Part shown: positions 1 to 9,783 of the stretch, in pieces
Position numbering within the stretch: position 1 is the stretch's first letter
Layout: every line of letters starts with the position of its first letter
DNA from: Betaproteobacteria bacterium
Lineage (GTDB): Bacteria > Pseudomonadota > Gammaproteobacteria > Burkholderiales > SG8-41
Assembly (NCBI GenBank): GCA_043752435.1
Contig: JAYUYQ010000096.1
Coordinates: 1 to 34,633 of the forward strand
Length of the DNA stretch: 34,633 nt
Direction of reading: 5' to 3'
Notes under the pieces: generated by a model
Database searches by the model: none
Told to the model about the DNA's origin: nothing
The model's input: the letters and a program-made list of their open reading frames with translations, nothing else
Translations under genes and position numbers: made by a program

Positions 1-1
1 T

Positions 2-1828
2 GAAGAGCGCGAAAAAACCGGCACCGAGGAGCATGTGCTGGATTCCTGGCTGAACTGGCTGGAAGTCGACGAGCCCTGCCCGACCTGCGACGGCCAACGT
101 TTGAACCCGACGGCGCTGGCGGTGCGTTACCGCAAACGTTCGATTGCCGCACTGGCCGCGCTGCCGGTGGCCAAACTTGCGCGCGAATTCACCGATGTCT
201 CCTTCAGTGGTCGCGAAGCGGCGATTGCCCGCGACATCGTCTCTGAGATTCGCAGCCGGCTGAGTTTTCTCGACGAAGTCGGTTTGGGTTATCTGGCGCT
301 GGACCGCGCCGCGCCCACACTGTCGGGGGGCGAAGCCCAGCGCATCCGCCTCGCGGCACAATTGGGATCCAATCTGCGCGGCGTCGCCTACATCCTCGAT
401 GAACCGACCATCGGCCTGCATCCGCGTGACAACCTCATTCTGCTTAACACGCTGACGAAACTGCAGACGAAGGGTAATACCCTCATTGTGGTCGAACACG
501 ATGAAGACACCATCCGCCGTGCCGACCATGTCATCGACCTCGGCCCCGGCGCAGGGCGCCGCGGCGGCCATGTCGTTGCAGTCGGCACTGCTGCCGAACT
601 GCAGGCGAACCCACAGTCGGTCACCGGTCGCCTGCTGGCCAAACCGCTGCAGCACCCGCTGCATCCGCCGCGGCGCGTCGACAACAACACGCCGTCATTG
701 TTCGTTCGCGAAGCGCAGTTGCACAACCTGCAGCGCGTGACGGCGCGTGTGCCGCTGGGGCGACTGACGGTGATCACGGGGGTATCGGGCTCGGGTAAAT
801 CGACATTGGCGCGCGATGTGCTCCATGCCAACCTCGTACGTCTGGTCAACAACAAATCAAAATCATCAATAAAAACAAATGGTTGCAAAGAAATCACGGG
901 CTGGGAGGCAGTAGGCCGGGTATTGGAAGTCGATCAGACACCCATCGGCAAGACACCGCGTTCCTGTCCCGCAACCTATGTCGGTTTCTGGGACACCATC
1001 CGTCGCCTGTATGCCGAAGTGCCGGAAGCGCGCATGCGCGGTTACACGGCGAGCCGGTTTTCGTTCAACACCAAGGGCGGACGTTGCGAGGCCTGCGAAG
1101 GACAAGGCGTGCAGAAAATCGAAATGAGTTTTCTGCCTGACGTCAAAGTGCCCTGCGATGTCTGCAATGGCGCGCGCTTTGATACGGAAACGCTGGCAGT
1201 ACGATTCAAGGACAAGTCGATTGGCGATGTGCTGGCGCTGAGTGTTGATGACGCGGTGGATTTTTTCGCTGCACACCCTATGATTCACCACACGCTGAGT
1301 CTGCTGCAGGATGTCGGCCTGGGTTACCTGACGCTGGGCCAGCAAAGCCCGACGCTGTCCGGCGGCGAAGCCCAACGCATCAAATTGGTCACCGAACTGG
1401 CCAAGGTGCGGTCGTCCCTCACCCCCGGCCCCTCTCCCGAAGGGAGAGGGGGGGCAGATGTTTCCCTTCTCCCTTCGGGAGAAGGGTCAGGGATGAGGGC
1501 GGCAGGCGGGCGGCCCGGCCGCAGCGGCGCGCAAAAACGCACCTTGTATGTGCTCGATGAACCCACTGTCGGCCTGCACATGGCGGATGTGGAAAAACTG
1601 ATCCATGTGCTGCACCGCCTGGTCGATGCCGGCAACTCGGTGGTAGTGATCGAACACAACCTTGACGTGATGGCCGAAGCCGACTGGATCATTGATCTGG
1701 GGCCCGAAGGTGGCGACGGCGGCGGACGTATTGTGGCGGAAGGACCGGCAGCAACCATCGGCAAAAAATCTGCGCGCTCACACACTGCGCGCATTCTCGG
1801 TGAATTTCTGCGCGAACGCAGCACATGA
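2..1828 (+). CDS. uvrA: Excinuclease ABC subunit A, 5'-truncated by the window edge
   Basis: Frame is open from base 2. Two LSGGEAQRI signatures, Walker B ILDEP/VLDEP, Walker A GVSGSGKS, CxxC zinc fingers and the [17 protein letters not shown] motif. Confidence 0.95.
   Translation, partial: EEREKTGTEEHVLDSWLNWLEVDEPCPTCDGQRLNPTALAVRYRKRSIAALAALPVAKLAREFTDVSFSGREAAIARDIVSEIRSRLSFLDEVGLGYLALDRAAPTLSGGEAQRIRLAAQLGSNLRGVAYILDEPTIGLHPRDNLILLNTLTKLQTKGNTLIVVEHDEDTIRRADHVIDLGPGAGRRGGHVVAVGTAAELQANPQSVTGRLLAKPLQHPLHPPRRVDNNTPSLFVREAQLHNLQRVTARVPLGRLTVITGVSGSGKSTLARDVLHANLVRLVNNKSKSSIKTNGCKEITGWEAVGRVLEVDQTPIGKTPRSCPATYVGFWDTIRRLYAEVPEARMRGYTASRFSFNTKGGRCEACEGQGVQKIEMSFLPDVKVPCDVCNGARFDTETLAVRFKDKSIGDVLALSVDDAVDFFAAHPMIHHTLSLLQDVGLGYLTLGQQSPTLSGGEAQRIKLVTELAKVRSSLTPGPSPEGRGGADVSLLPSGEGSGMRAAGGRPGRSGAQKRTLYVLDEPTVGLHMADVEKLIHVLHRLVDAGNSVVVIEHNLDVMAEADWIIDLGPEGGDGGGRIVAEGPAATIGKKSARSHTARILGEFLRERST
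1416..1499. repeat. Inverted doublet of a 36-bp REP-like palindromic unit, in frame inside uvrA
   Basis: 1416-1451 CCCTCACCCCCGGCCCCTCTCCCGAAGGGAGAGGGG versus reverse complement of 1464-1499 CCCTCATCCCTGACCCTTCTCCCGAAGGGAGAAGGG, 31/36 identical. Each unit has a 10-bp stem with a 3-nt loop. Confidence 0.9.
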
Positions 1829-1915
1829 CCGGACATCGGCGCATTGGGCGGCACATTTCACAGCGCAAGCTGCGGTCTATAATCGAATCTCCACTGCTCT
1901 CCGCATAAAACTGCC

Positions 1916-2776
1916 GTGATCAGCCAATTATTAAAAGCGCACACCAAAGACCTCGGGGATGGCTTTACAGTGCGGCGCCTGCTGCCGGCGGCAACGCGCA
2001 AGATGGTCGGCCCGTTCATTTTTTTCGACCACATGGGTCCGGTGCGCTTCGAGCCCGGCCATGCCATCGACGTGCGACCGCATCCGCACATCGGCCTGGC
2101 GACGGTGACTTATCTGTTCGAGGGCGCAATCATGCACCGCGACAGCCTGGGTTATAAACAACGCATTGCTCCCGGCGACGTCAACTGGATGACCGCCGGT
2201 CATGGCATCGTGCATTCGGAACGCAGCCCTGATGACGAGCGTGGGAAAGCCCGCGGGCTGCACGGCATCCAGACCTGGATTGCACTGCCGGTCGCCGACG
2301 AGCGCACCGATCCGGCGTTTGCCCACCATCCGGCAGCCACGCTGCCGGTTAAACAATGGCCAAACGCGGAACTGCGCCTGATCGCAGGATCGGGCTGGGG
2401 GCTGCAGGCGCCGGTCAAAACCTTCTCGCCGATGTTCTACGCTGCCATCACCACCAGCGACGCGGCGCAATTCGACCTGCCGCCGGAACATGCCGAGCGC
2501 GCAATTTACGTGGTCGGCGGTGAGGTAAGCATCGACGGCACAACCATCGCGCCACACACCGTAGCAGTTGTCGAACCCGGCGTGCCGGTGACCGTGAGCA
2601 CCACCTCCGCCGCACGCATCATGGCGTTCGGGGGTGCAGCCATGGACGGGGATCGCTTCATTTCTTGGAATTTTGTCGCCAGCAGCCGGGAACTGCTCGA
2701 CGAAGCACGCAGCCGCTGGCGCGAACAACGTTTCCCGGGTGTGCCTGACGAAACGGAATTCATTCCCCTGCCCTAG
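1916..2776 (+). CDS. Pirin family protein
   Basis: GPFIFFDHMGP, DVRPHPHIGLATVTYLFEG, HRDSLG and WMTAGHGIVHSE motifs. GTG start, with a TATAAT at 1878-1883 upstream. Confidence 0.93.
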   Translation: MISQLLKAHTKDLGDGFTVRRLLPAATRKMVGPFIFFDHMGPVRFEPGHAIDVRPHPHIGLATVTYLFEGAIMHRDSLGYKQRIAPGDVNWMTAGHGIVHSERSPDDERGKARGLHGIQTWIALPVADERTDPAFAHHPAATLPVKQWPNAELRLIAGSGWGLQAPVKTFSPMFYAAITTSDAAQFDLPPEHAERAIYVVGGEVSIDGTTIAPHTVAVVEPGVPVTVSTTSAARIMAFGGAAMDGDRFISWNFVASSRELLDEARSRWREQRFPGVPDETEFIPLP

Positions 2777-2827
2777 CGGTAAAGTGCGCGGTAGAATCGA
2801 CTGCAGCAAACCAGCCTGGAAATATTC

Positions 2828-3460
2828 TTGAATATAGCCGCAATGCGCAACGAATACATGCGCGCCAGCCTCGACGAAGCGGATGCTGGCGCCGATCCGT
2901 TGACGCAATTCCAGCACTGGTTTGACGACGCAGTGCGTGCCGAATTGCCGACGCCGAATGCGATGACACTGGCCACCGTGGCCGCCGACGGCGCCCCGGG
3001 CGCGCGGATCGTGCTATTGAAGGGTGCAGATCCACAAGGCTTCGTGTTTTACACCAACTACCAGAGCCGCAAGGGCCGCGAACTGGCCGCCAACCCGCGT
3101 GCCGTGCTGGTTTTTCACTGGATAGAGCTTGAGCGCGAAGTGCGCATCGAAGGCGCGGTTGAAAAAACCAGCGCCGCAGAATCCAATGATTATTTTTCCA
3201 GCCGCCCGCTGGGCAGCCGCCATGCCGCCATCGCATCGCCGCAAAGCACGGTGGTCGCCAGTCGCAGCGCGCTCGAAACCCGCTTTGCTGAAGTCGCCAA
3301 ACATCAGGGCGAAGCACCCGCCCGCCCCGCACACTGGGGCGGCTACCGGTTAAGCCCAATAGCGGTGGAATTCTGGCAGGGCCGGCGCAACCGGCTGCAC
3401 GACCGGCTGCTGTATACCCGCACCGGAGAACGCTGGAACATCAGCCGGCTGGCGCCTTGA
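2828..3460 (+). CDS. pdxH: Pyridoxamine 5'-phosphate oxidase
   Basis: [41 protein letters not shown] and C-terminal RLAP. TTG start, with a TAGAAT at 2792-2797. Confidence 0.96.
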   Translation: MNIAAMRNEYMRASLDEADAGADPLTQFQHWFDDAVRAELPTPNAMTLATVAADGAPGARIVLLKGADPQGFVFYTNYQSRKGRELAANPRAVLVFHWIELEREVRIEGAVEKTSAAESNDYFSSRPLGSRHAAIASPQSTVVASRSALETRFAEVAKHQGEAPARPAHWGGYRLSPIAVEFWQGRRNRLHDRLLYTRTGERWNISRLAP

Positions 3461-4040
3461 TCGGCGCGGCATCCGGCTTGCCATAACGCCGCTGCCACTC
3501 GGACTCGAGTTCGGCATCGGTTTTATAGTGCGGCACGCGAAACGTATAGCGATACCAGTTCTGCGGCCGGAACGGGCGGTCTTTGGTCTCCTGCTCCCAG
3601 TAGCGATCGCCCAGCACAATATTCTGCTGCTGGTCCATTTCCCAATGCCGGCGTGAACGCGGACTGCCGAACAGATAGAGGCGGCCGTCGACGATTTTGA
3701 AGGTATTGGCGCCGATATTGGACTTCAATGCATAGGGCGCGCCGCTGGCGCAAAAACCGCCATACGCCGGCACAAAGCGCTGCGGTGCGGCGGTAAACAT
3801 CCTGCGGTGCTCCTCGCTGGCAAAACGATAGACGAAGCCGTCGTGTTGCGCTTTGATCTGCGGGTCACCTGGCATTGCCTTGCCGAGGGTGTGATAGGCC
3901 ACCGGATCGTTACCGCGCAGCATTAGTTGCGAATCGGCGCCTTCGGACACCACGTTCATCGTCGCGCAACCGGGCAACAACGCCAACAACAGCAGCAGAA
4001 ACAACAAGCGTGGCGCAATGGATCGGTTTTTCCAAGTCAT
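3441..4040 (-). CDS. YHS-domain lipoprotein
   Basis: Lipobox LLPG-C after a Leu-rich h-region. [15 protein letters not shown] and PAYGGFCA motifs. Start is 4040 or 4055. Overlaps the pdxH 3' end by 20 bp. Confidence 0.8.
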   Translation of the reverse strand: MTWKNRSIAPRLLFLLLLLALLPGCATMNVVSEGADSQLMLRGNDPVAYHTLGKAMPGDPQIKAQHDGFVYRFASEEHRRMFTAAPQRFVPAYGGFCASGAPYALKSNIGANTFKIVDGRLYLFGSPRSRRHWEMDQQQNIVLGDRYWEQETKDRPFRPQNWYRYTFRVPHYKTDAELESEWQRRYGKPDAAPIKAPAG

Positions 4041-4146
4041 GACATACACCCCCATGGCCGCATCTTACGACGTTCACGTCCGCATCGGCGATCACTCGTG
4101 CGTCGCGTTATACTCGACGCCTTTACGGCTTTGCCGCCCCGCCATC

Positions 4147-5052
4147 TTGGGTTCTCCGCTCTCCGCCCGTCATTACGAATCGCTGCTGGCGTGGTATTTC
4201 GTCGCGATCTGGGGTTCCGGCTTCCTCGCCACCAAAATCGGCCTGCAGCATGCAGCGCCGTTTACCTTCCTCGCGCTGCGTTTTGCCTTCGGCATTCTGT
4301 GCCTGATTCCGATCGTCCTGATTTACAAACCCCGCTGGCCGGAACATCGCGGCGAGTACGGTCACATCCTCGTCGCCGGGCTGCTGATGCACACCGTGCA
4401 CCTCGGCGGCAGCCATTACACCCAGTACCTCGGCATGTCAGCAGGCATCACTGCCGTGTTGCTGTCGATACAGCCGCTGCTGACCGCGGTGATCGCCGGG
4501 CGCTGGATGAATGAACGACTGGGTCCGCGGCAATGGCTGGGCATCGCCATCGGTCTGGCCGGTGTGACGCTGATCGTGTGGCACAAGATCGACGTGCGTG
4601 AGGCCACGCTGGGCGCACTGTTGGCGGTGACGGTGTCATTGATCGGCGTGACCGCCGGCACGCTGTATCAGCGCGTGTACTGCCCGGCGGTCGACCTGCG
4701 CGCAGCAGCATTGATCCAGTTCGCCGGCAACATCGTCGTGCTGGCACCCCTGGCGTGGCTGGTCGAGGGCGCCGCCGTGCGCTGGTCTTGGACACTGGCG
4801 GGTACCATCGTCTTTCTGGTGATCTTTGCGTCAATACTCGCCGTCAATGCGCTGCATACGCTGATGCGGCGCGGCCAGGCGACGCGGGTCACCAGCCTGA
4901 TTTACCTGACGCCGATTTTTGCGGTGGCGCTGGAGCTGCTCCTGTTCGGCGTGGTGCCAACCGCCATTTCGCTAGTCGGGATTGTGATTACCTGCCTCGG
5001 CGTAGCCCTGGTGTCGTGGCAATCCCGTTCGTCACCGAAAACCGCGTCATGA
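4147..5052 (+). CDS. DMT/EamA family transporter
   Basis: IWGSGF..TK.GL, PFTFLALRF, ERLGPRQWLG and about 10 hydrophobic segments. Start is uncertain (TTG 4147 chosen because the ORF-track start overlaps the divergent YHS gene). Confidence 0.87.
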   Translation: MGSPLSARHYESLLAWYFVAIWGSGFLATKIGLQHAAPFTFLALRFAFGILCLIPIVLIYKPRWPEHRGEYGHILVAGLLMHTVHLGGSHYTQYLGMSAGITAVLLSIQPLLTAVIAGRWMNERLGPRQWLGIAIGLAGVTLIVWHKIDVREATLGALLAVTVSLIGVTAGTLYQRVYCPAVDLRAAALIQFAGNIVVLAPLAWLVEGAAVRWSWTLAGTIVFLVIFASILAVNALHTLMRRGQATRVTSLIYLTPIFAVALELLLFGVVPTAISLVGIVITCLGVALVSWQSRSSPKTAS

Positions 5053-6182
5053 GCATCCGCCTTGTATTGTTGCTGACCATCCTGCTGCACCTGGCGTTTG
5101 CCGGCAGTCGGGTCACGCTGTCGCTGTTTGCGCTGCACCTGCAGGCCTCGGCGCTGACGGTCGGCATACTCATTTCGTTGCTCGCCGCGGTGCCGCTGGT
5201 GTTTTCGGTGGGTTGGGGACGCAGCATTGACCGCATCGGCGTGCGCACACCATTGTTCATTGGCGCCGGTGCCGTACTCGGCGCGTTGCTGCTGGCCGTC
5301 GCCGTACCGCGCATCGAAACCCTGTTCATCGTCAGCGTGGTCACCGGCAGCGGATTCATGCTGGTGCATATCTGCGTCAACCACGCCATCGGCCTGCTCG
5401 GCCCGCCGGAGCAGCGCTCACGCAATTTCAGCCTGCTTGCGCTGGCGTTTTCGACTTCGGGTTTCCTCGGACCGATGATTTCCGGTTTTGCCATCGACCT
5501 GATCGGCCACCGGCTGACCTTCCTGCTGCTCGGCGCGAGCGTGGTGGCCGCGATCGCTCTGCTGCTGACACGGCCGATCACGCTGCCTGCGCATGCCACC
5601 ACGGCCCACAACGCGCCCCGCAAACGCGCCATTGACCTGTTCCGCATGCCCGGCCTGCGCCGGGCCTTCATCGCCAGCGCGACCCTGTCGATGGCTTGGG
5701 ACCTGTTCACCTTTGTCACGCCGATTCACGGTACCAGCCTCGGGCTGTCGGCATCCACCATCGGACTGATCCTTGGCGCATTCGGCGGCGCGATTTTCCT
5801 GGTACGCGTGTTGTTGCCCCTGCTCGCGCACCGCGTACGCGAGTGGCCGCTGGTGATCGGGGGCATGTTCGCCACCGGTGCGGCCATGGCCGTGTTCCCG
5901 CTGATCGAACAGGTGCCATTGCTGATGGCGGTGGCGTTTGTGCTCGGACTGGCCATCGGCGGCACGCAGCCGATGATCATGGCGCTGCTGTATAACGCCG
6001 CACCGCCGGGACGTGGTGGCGAAGTGGTGGGTGTGCGCACCTTTCTGCTTAACCTGACGCAGGTGGGCATCCCGCTGCTGTTCGGCATCCTCGGCGCCAC
6101 GCTGGGCATGACGCCGGTATTTTGGGCAATGGCCGCGGTGCTGGTGCTGGGAGGGGCCTGGGTCAGCTGGCGGCAGGGGTAA
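5049..6182 (+). CDS. MFS transporter
   Basis: Motif A-like GRSIDRIGVR and about 12 TM segments. ATGA overlap with the DMT stop indicates translational coupling. Confidence 0.88.
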   Translation: MSIRLVLLLTILLHLAFAGSRVTLSLFALHLQASALTVGILISLLAAVPLVFSVGWGRSIDRIGVRTPLFIGAGAVLGALLLAVAVPRIETLFIVSVVTGSGFMLVHICVNHAIGLLGPPEQRSRNFSLLALAFSTSGFLGPMISGFAIDLIGHRLTFLLLGASVVAAIALLLTRPITLPAHATTAHNAPRKRAIDLFRMPGLRRAFIASATLSMAWDLFTFVTPIHGTSLGLSASTIGLILGAFGGAIFLVRVLLPLLAHRVREWPLVIGGMFATGAAMAVFPLIEQVPLLMAVAFVLGLAIGGTQPMIMALLYNAAPPGRGGEVVGVRTFLLNLTQVGIPLLFGILGATLGMTPVFWAMAAVLVLGGAWVSWRQG

Positions 6183-6243
6183 AAAGGGGGGGGAGCGGGG
6201 CAAAAAAGCGAGCGGGTGCGCGGGAGTAACGTAAAAAAAGCTA

Positions 6244-6274
6244 CAAAACAAACGGGGCGCCTGAGCGCCCCGTT
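6244..6274 (-). terminator. Intrinsic terminator of the SWIB gene
   Basis: Minus strand AACGGGGCGC-TCAG-GCGCCCCGTT followed by TGTTTTG, about 20 nt after the stop codon. Confidence 0.8.
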
Positions 6275-6295
6275 ACAGTCCTGCCGTAAGGCAGA

Positions 6296-6610
6296 TTATT
6301 TCAGATGCTTGTTGACCAGTTTGGTCATTTCAAACATCGACACCTGTTTCTTGCCACCGAAAACGTCTTTCAGTTTCTCGTCGGCATTGATGTTGCGGCG
6401 GTTTTTGCTGTCTTGCAGGCTGTGCTTCTTGATGTACATCCAGATTTTCTTGGTGACTTCGGTACGCGGCATCATGCCGTTGCCGATCACCGCACCGAGC
6501 GCTGCGCTCGGCTGCATGGGCTTCATGAATGCTGCATTGGGCTTGCGCTTAGCAGCTGTTTTCTTTTTCTTTGCAGCGGGTTTCTTGGTAGCTTTTTTCT
6601 TTGCAGCCAT
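6296..6610 (-). CDS. SWIB/MDM2-domain protein with Lys/Ala-rich N-terminal tail
   Basis: PRTEVTKKIWMYIKKHSLQDSKNRRNINADEKL...VSMFEMTKLVNKHL is the SWIB signature. GGGAG RBS upstream. Confidence 0.92.
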   Translation of the reverse strand: MAAKKKATKKPAAKKKKTAAKRKPNAAFMKPMQPSAALGAVIGNGMMPRTEVTKKIWMYIKKHSLQDSKNRRNINADEKLKDVFGGKKQVSMFEMTKLVNKHLK

Positions 6611-6690
6611 CGATTATTCTCCCGTGTAGGTCCTGATTGGATCAGTTGGTCAAGTTAGTCTGGTTTGCCGTGATAGCGCACGGTGACGAG

Positions 6691-6719
6691 AGGATGCCGA
6701 GGGAAAACATCTTTGTCAA
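6691..6719 (-). promoter_or_regulatory. sigma70-type promoter of the SWIB gene
   Basis: TTGACA (6719-6714), 17-bp spacer, CATCCT (6696-6691). Confidence 0.6.
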
Positions 6720-7015
6720 TGTTTGCCAGAGGGAAAATAAGAGCGTACAGCAGGGGAGGCGACCCAGATGTAATGACCGGTGCCCTGCCGGAATACGCAT
6801 CGTTTGTATGTCTGGCCGACTCGCCGCACAATAGCGGCGCCCTCTCCCGCCGCATCCGTAACCTTGCCCGCGGCGCAAGAGCAGAAACAAATCAATGACC
6901 TAACCGGGGAATTTGAATTGTGTATCTGCAACATCAGCAAGCCCTTCACGGTCCACAAAGCGTCGCCGCACGGTGACGCCATGACGCAATTTCCCCCGTT
7001 AAACTCACATTAATC

Positions 7016-8026
7016 ATGACCAGACAACTCTCACTGTTCGAGGGTGATGCGCGCGCCAGCGCGCCACACCAGGCCATTGCCGCGGCAACGGTCACACAAG
7101 AGGTACGTGATCTGGCACGACAATTACCCCCAGGCCTGCGGCTGGGTACGTCGTCATGGCATTTCCCCGGCTGGCGCGACATGGTCTGGGCAGACGCGGA
7201 AACACCGGGTGACCTGTCGCGATACGGGCTCGCCGCTTATGCGCAGCATCCGCTGTTCGGTGCTGTCGGCGTGGATCGGTCGTTTTATGCACCGCTGTCG
7301 GTGCGCCAGTACGAGAGTTACGCCCGTCAGGTTCCCGTCAGCTTTCGTTTTGTCGTCAAGGCCCCCAACCTGCTGACCAGTCCGTGGATCCATGGCGAGG
7401 ATGGCGGTCGGGGTAAAACCAATGCCGTGTTCCTCGACGCCGCTTATGCCGCCGAACAGTTTGTCGGACCTGCACTCGAGGGCTTGGGTGCCACCACGGG
7501 ACCGCTGCTGTTCCAGTTTCCGCCGCTGGGACGCACGCTGACGCGGTCGCCGGAGCGGTTCATTGCGCAACTGCAGGAATTCCTCGGGCGACTGCCGCAG
7601 GGGCCGCTGTACGCGGTCGAGGTGCGTGATGACCGCGTGATCACCCGGCGGTTTTTCGCGACGCTGAAAGAGGCCGGCGCGCGTTATTGCCTCGGCGTAC
7701 ATCCGCGAATGCCCCCGGTCGCGGCGCAGGCAGCGGCGATGTCGGGATTCGGCCCCGGACCGCTGATTGTGCGCTGGAATCTGAAGGCGGGTTACAGCTA
7801 TGAGGAGGCCAAAGTGCGCTTTACACCTTTCGACCGGCTGATTGACGAGGACAGCGCGACCCGGGAATCCATCGCCCGGTTATGCACCGCAGCGCTGGCG
7901 GCCGGTCAGGAATGCACGGTGATTGCCAACAACAAAGCGGAAGGTTCAGCGCCGCTGACATTGATCAGGCTGGCGCAGGCGATTATTGCCGCCACGCGGC
8001 AGCGTCAGTACGCCGCCGAATCGTGA
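7016..8026 (+). CDS. DUF72 domain protein
   Basis: LRLGTSSW.FPGW, VDRSFY, FRFVVKAP, GPLLFQFPP, YAVEVR and NNKAEGSAP motifs. Confidence 0.88.
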   Translation: MTRQLSLFEGDARASAPHQAIAAATVTQEVRDLARQLPPGLRLGTSSWHFPGWRDMVWADAETPGDLSRYGLAAYAQHPLFGAVGVDRSFYAPLSVRQYESYARQVPVSFRFVVKAPNLLTSPWIHGEDGGRGKTNAVFLDAAYAAEQFVGPALEGLGATTGPLLFQFPPLGRTLTRSPERFIAQLQEFLGRLPQGPLYAVEVRDDRVITRRFFATLKEAGARYCLGVHPRMPPVAAQAAAMSGFGPGPLIVRWNLKAGYSYEEAKVRFTPFDRLIDEDSATRESIARLCTAALAAGQECTVIANNKAEGSAPLTLIRLAQAIIAATRQRQYAAES

Positions 8027-8066
8027 AAATTCGCACAGTTACCCTGCGGTGTGATGCTGCGGTAAA

Positions 8067-8627
8067 TTATTTTTTCAGCCGCGCAGCGAACTGCTTGCGG
8101 AATTTGGCAACCTTGGGTGACACCACGTACTGGCAATACGGCTGGCGCGGATTGCGCTCGAAATATTCCTGATGATACGACTCGGCTTCATGGAATTTTG
8201 GCGCCGGTGATATTTCGGTCACGATGGGCCGGCTGAATTCCTTGGCCTCGGTCAGCGCACGGATCACCGCGTCGGCGGTGGCTTTCTGCTCCGGCGTATG
8301 AAAAAAAATCACCGAGCGGTACTGGGTACCGAAGTCGTTGCCCTGGGCATTGAGCGTGGTTGGATCGTGTATCGCGAAAAAGATATCGAGGATGTCGCGG
8401 TACATCACCACCGCGGGATCAAAAGTCATGCGGATGACTTCGGCGTGGCCGGTGTCGCCGCTGCAGATGTCTTCGTAAGTCGGGTTTTGCAGGTGTCCGC
8501 CGCTGTAGCCGGACTCGACGCACTCGACGCCCTGCAGGCCGTCGAATACCGCCTCGATACACCAGAAACAACCAGCCCCCAGGGTCGCGACTTCGCGTGC
8601 GCCTGCATTTTCACCGTTAGCCGACAT
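8067..8627 (-). CDS. msrA: Peptide-methionine (S)-S-oxide reductase, cytoplasmic
   Basis: GAGCFWC, SGYSGG, TGHAEV, HDPT, GTQYRS and AESYHQEY motifs. Confidence 0.95.
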   Translation of the reverse strand: MSANGENAGAREVATLGAGCFWCIEAVFDGLQGVECVESGYSGGHLQNPTYEDICSGDTGHAEVIRMTFDPAVVMYRDILDIFFAIHDPTTLNAQGNDFGTQYRSVIFFHTPEQKATADAVIRALTEAKEFSRPIVTEISPAPKFHEAESYHQEYFERNPRQPYCQYVVSPKVAKFRKQFAARLKK

Positions 8628-8701
8628 GAATGTCTCTTTCTATTGGTTAATACGCATCAGTCGCCGGCAGCGCCGATTCATGACAGCAGCACGCCACGGA
8701 C

Positions 8702-9697
8702 CTATGGCTTGCGGTGATATCCGGTCACGCGCTCTACTTCGTTGCGCGAGCCGAGGATCACGCCGACCCGCTGGTGCAGTTTGGTCGGTTGCACATCCAG
8801 TATGCGCTCGTGACCGTTGGTGGCAGCCCCGCCCGCCTGTTCGACGATAAACGCCATCGGGTTGGCTTCGTACATCAAGCGCAGCCGGCCGTCCTTGTGT
8901 TTGGCATCCTGCGGGTACATGAAAATGCCACCGCGCGACAGGATGCGATAAACGTCGGCCACCATCGAGGCCACCCAGCGCATGTTGTAGTCCTTGCCCA
9001 GGGGCCCGGTTTTGCCAGCCAGGCACTCGTCGATGTAGCGCTTCACCGGTGCGCCCCAATTGCGCATGTTCGACATGTTGATCGCGAATTCGGCGGTATC
9101 CGCGGGGATTTCGATTTTCGGCTGGGTCAGCACCCAGCTGCCCAGTTCGCGGTCCAGCGTGAAGCCCGCGACACCGTTGCCCACCGTCAACACCAGAATG
9201 GCCGACGGGCCATACACCGCAAAACCGGCGGCGACCTGCCGCACACCCGGTTGCAGGAACGCCTGTTCGTTCGCTTCGCAACCTTCGGGACAGCGCAGCA
9301 CCGAAAAAATGGTGCCGATCGATACGTTAACGTCGATATTCGACGACCCGTCGAGCGGATCCATCAGCAGCAGGAATTCGCCGCGCGGATAACGGTTGGG
9401 AATCTGGTGCGGATGCTCCATTTCCTCGGAAGCCATCGCGGCGAGGTGGCCGCCCCACTCGTTGGCTTCCAGCAACACTTCGTTGGATATCACATCAAGT
9501 TTTTTCTGCGCTTCGCCCTGGACGTTGTCGCTGCCGGCATTGCCGAGGATACCGGTCAAGGCGCCCTTGCTGACCGCGTTGCTGATCGATTTGCAGGCGC
9601 GAGCGACGACTTCGACGAGCAAGCGCAGTTCTGCGGAAACAACGCCTTTTTCGCGCTGTTGTTCAACCAGATACTGCGTGAGTGTAATGCGCCGCAT
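8702..9697 (-). CDS. fbp: Fructose-1,6-bisphosphatase class 1
   Basis: [39 protein letters not shown] and [11 protein letters not shown] motifs. Confidence 0.97.
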   Translation of the reverse strand: MRRITLTQYLVEQQREKGVVSAELRLLVEVVARACKSISNAVSKGALTGILGNAGSDNVQGEAQKKLDVISNEVLLEANEWGGHLAAMASEEMEHPHQIPNRYPRGEFLLLMDPLDGSSNIDVNVSIGTIFSVLRCPEGCEANEQAFLQPGVRQVAAGFAVYGPSAILVLTVGNGVAGFTLDRELGSWVLTQPKIEIPADTAEFAINMSNMRNWGAPVKRYIDECLAGKTGPLGKDYNMRWVASMVADVYRILSRGGIFMYPQDAKHKDGRLRLMYEANPMAFIVEQAGGAATNGHERILDVQPTKLHQRVGVILGSRNEVERVTGYHRKP

Positions 9698-9783
9698 GTT
9701 TTCTCCACTAATGAACGAAGCCCGGCACGCCGGGTCTGTGAATAAAGATTATCCGATATACTGGTTTTAACCGGGAGACACAA

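Noticed and set aside
2-120. Possibility that uvrA is a non-canonical, double-length paralogue
   Set aside because: The segment before the zinc finger looks atypical, but the 5' part of the gene is outside the window, so this cannot be assessed.
3441-4040. Selenoprotein possibility for the YHS protein, the MsrA paralogues and the SelD-N-like gene
   Set aside because: The relevant positions are Cys codons and no in-frame TGA read-through is needed.
4755-5048. Long N-terminal extensions in the ORF track for the MFS gene (likewise DMT, trpC, rpe, apaG, mltA, erpA)
   Set aside because: They overlap neighbouring genes or promoters. Downstream starts have an RBS or stop/start coupling and give family-typical lengths.
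6176-6240. G8 and A-runs after the MFS stop as a phase-variation tract or G-quadruplex
   Set aside because: They lie between convergent 3' ends with no promoter or reading frame to affect.
6637-7013. Several 65-88 aa ORFs in the SWIB-DUF72 intergenic region
   Set aside because: No RBS or family motifs, and they overlap each other and the predicted promoter.
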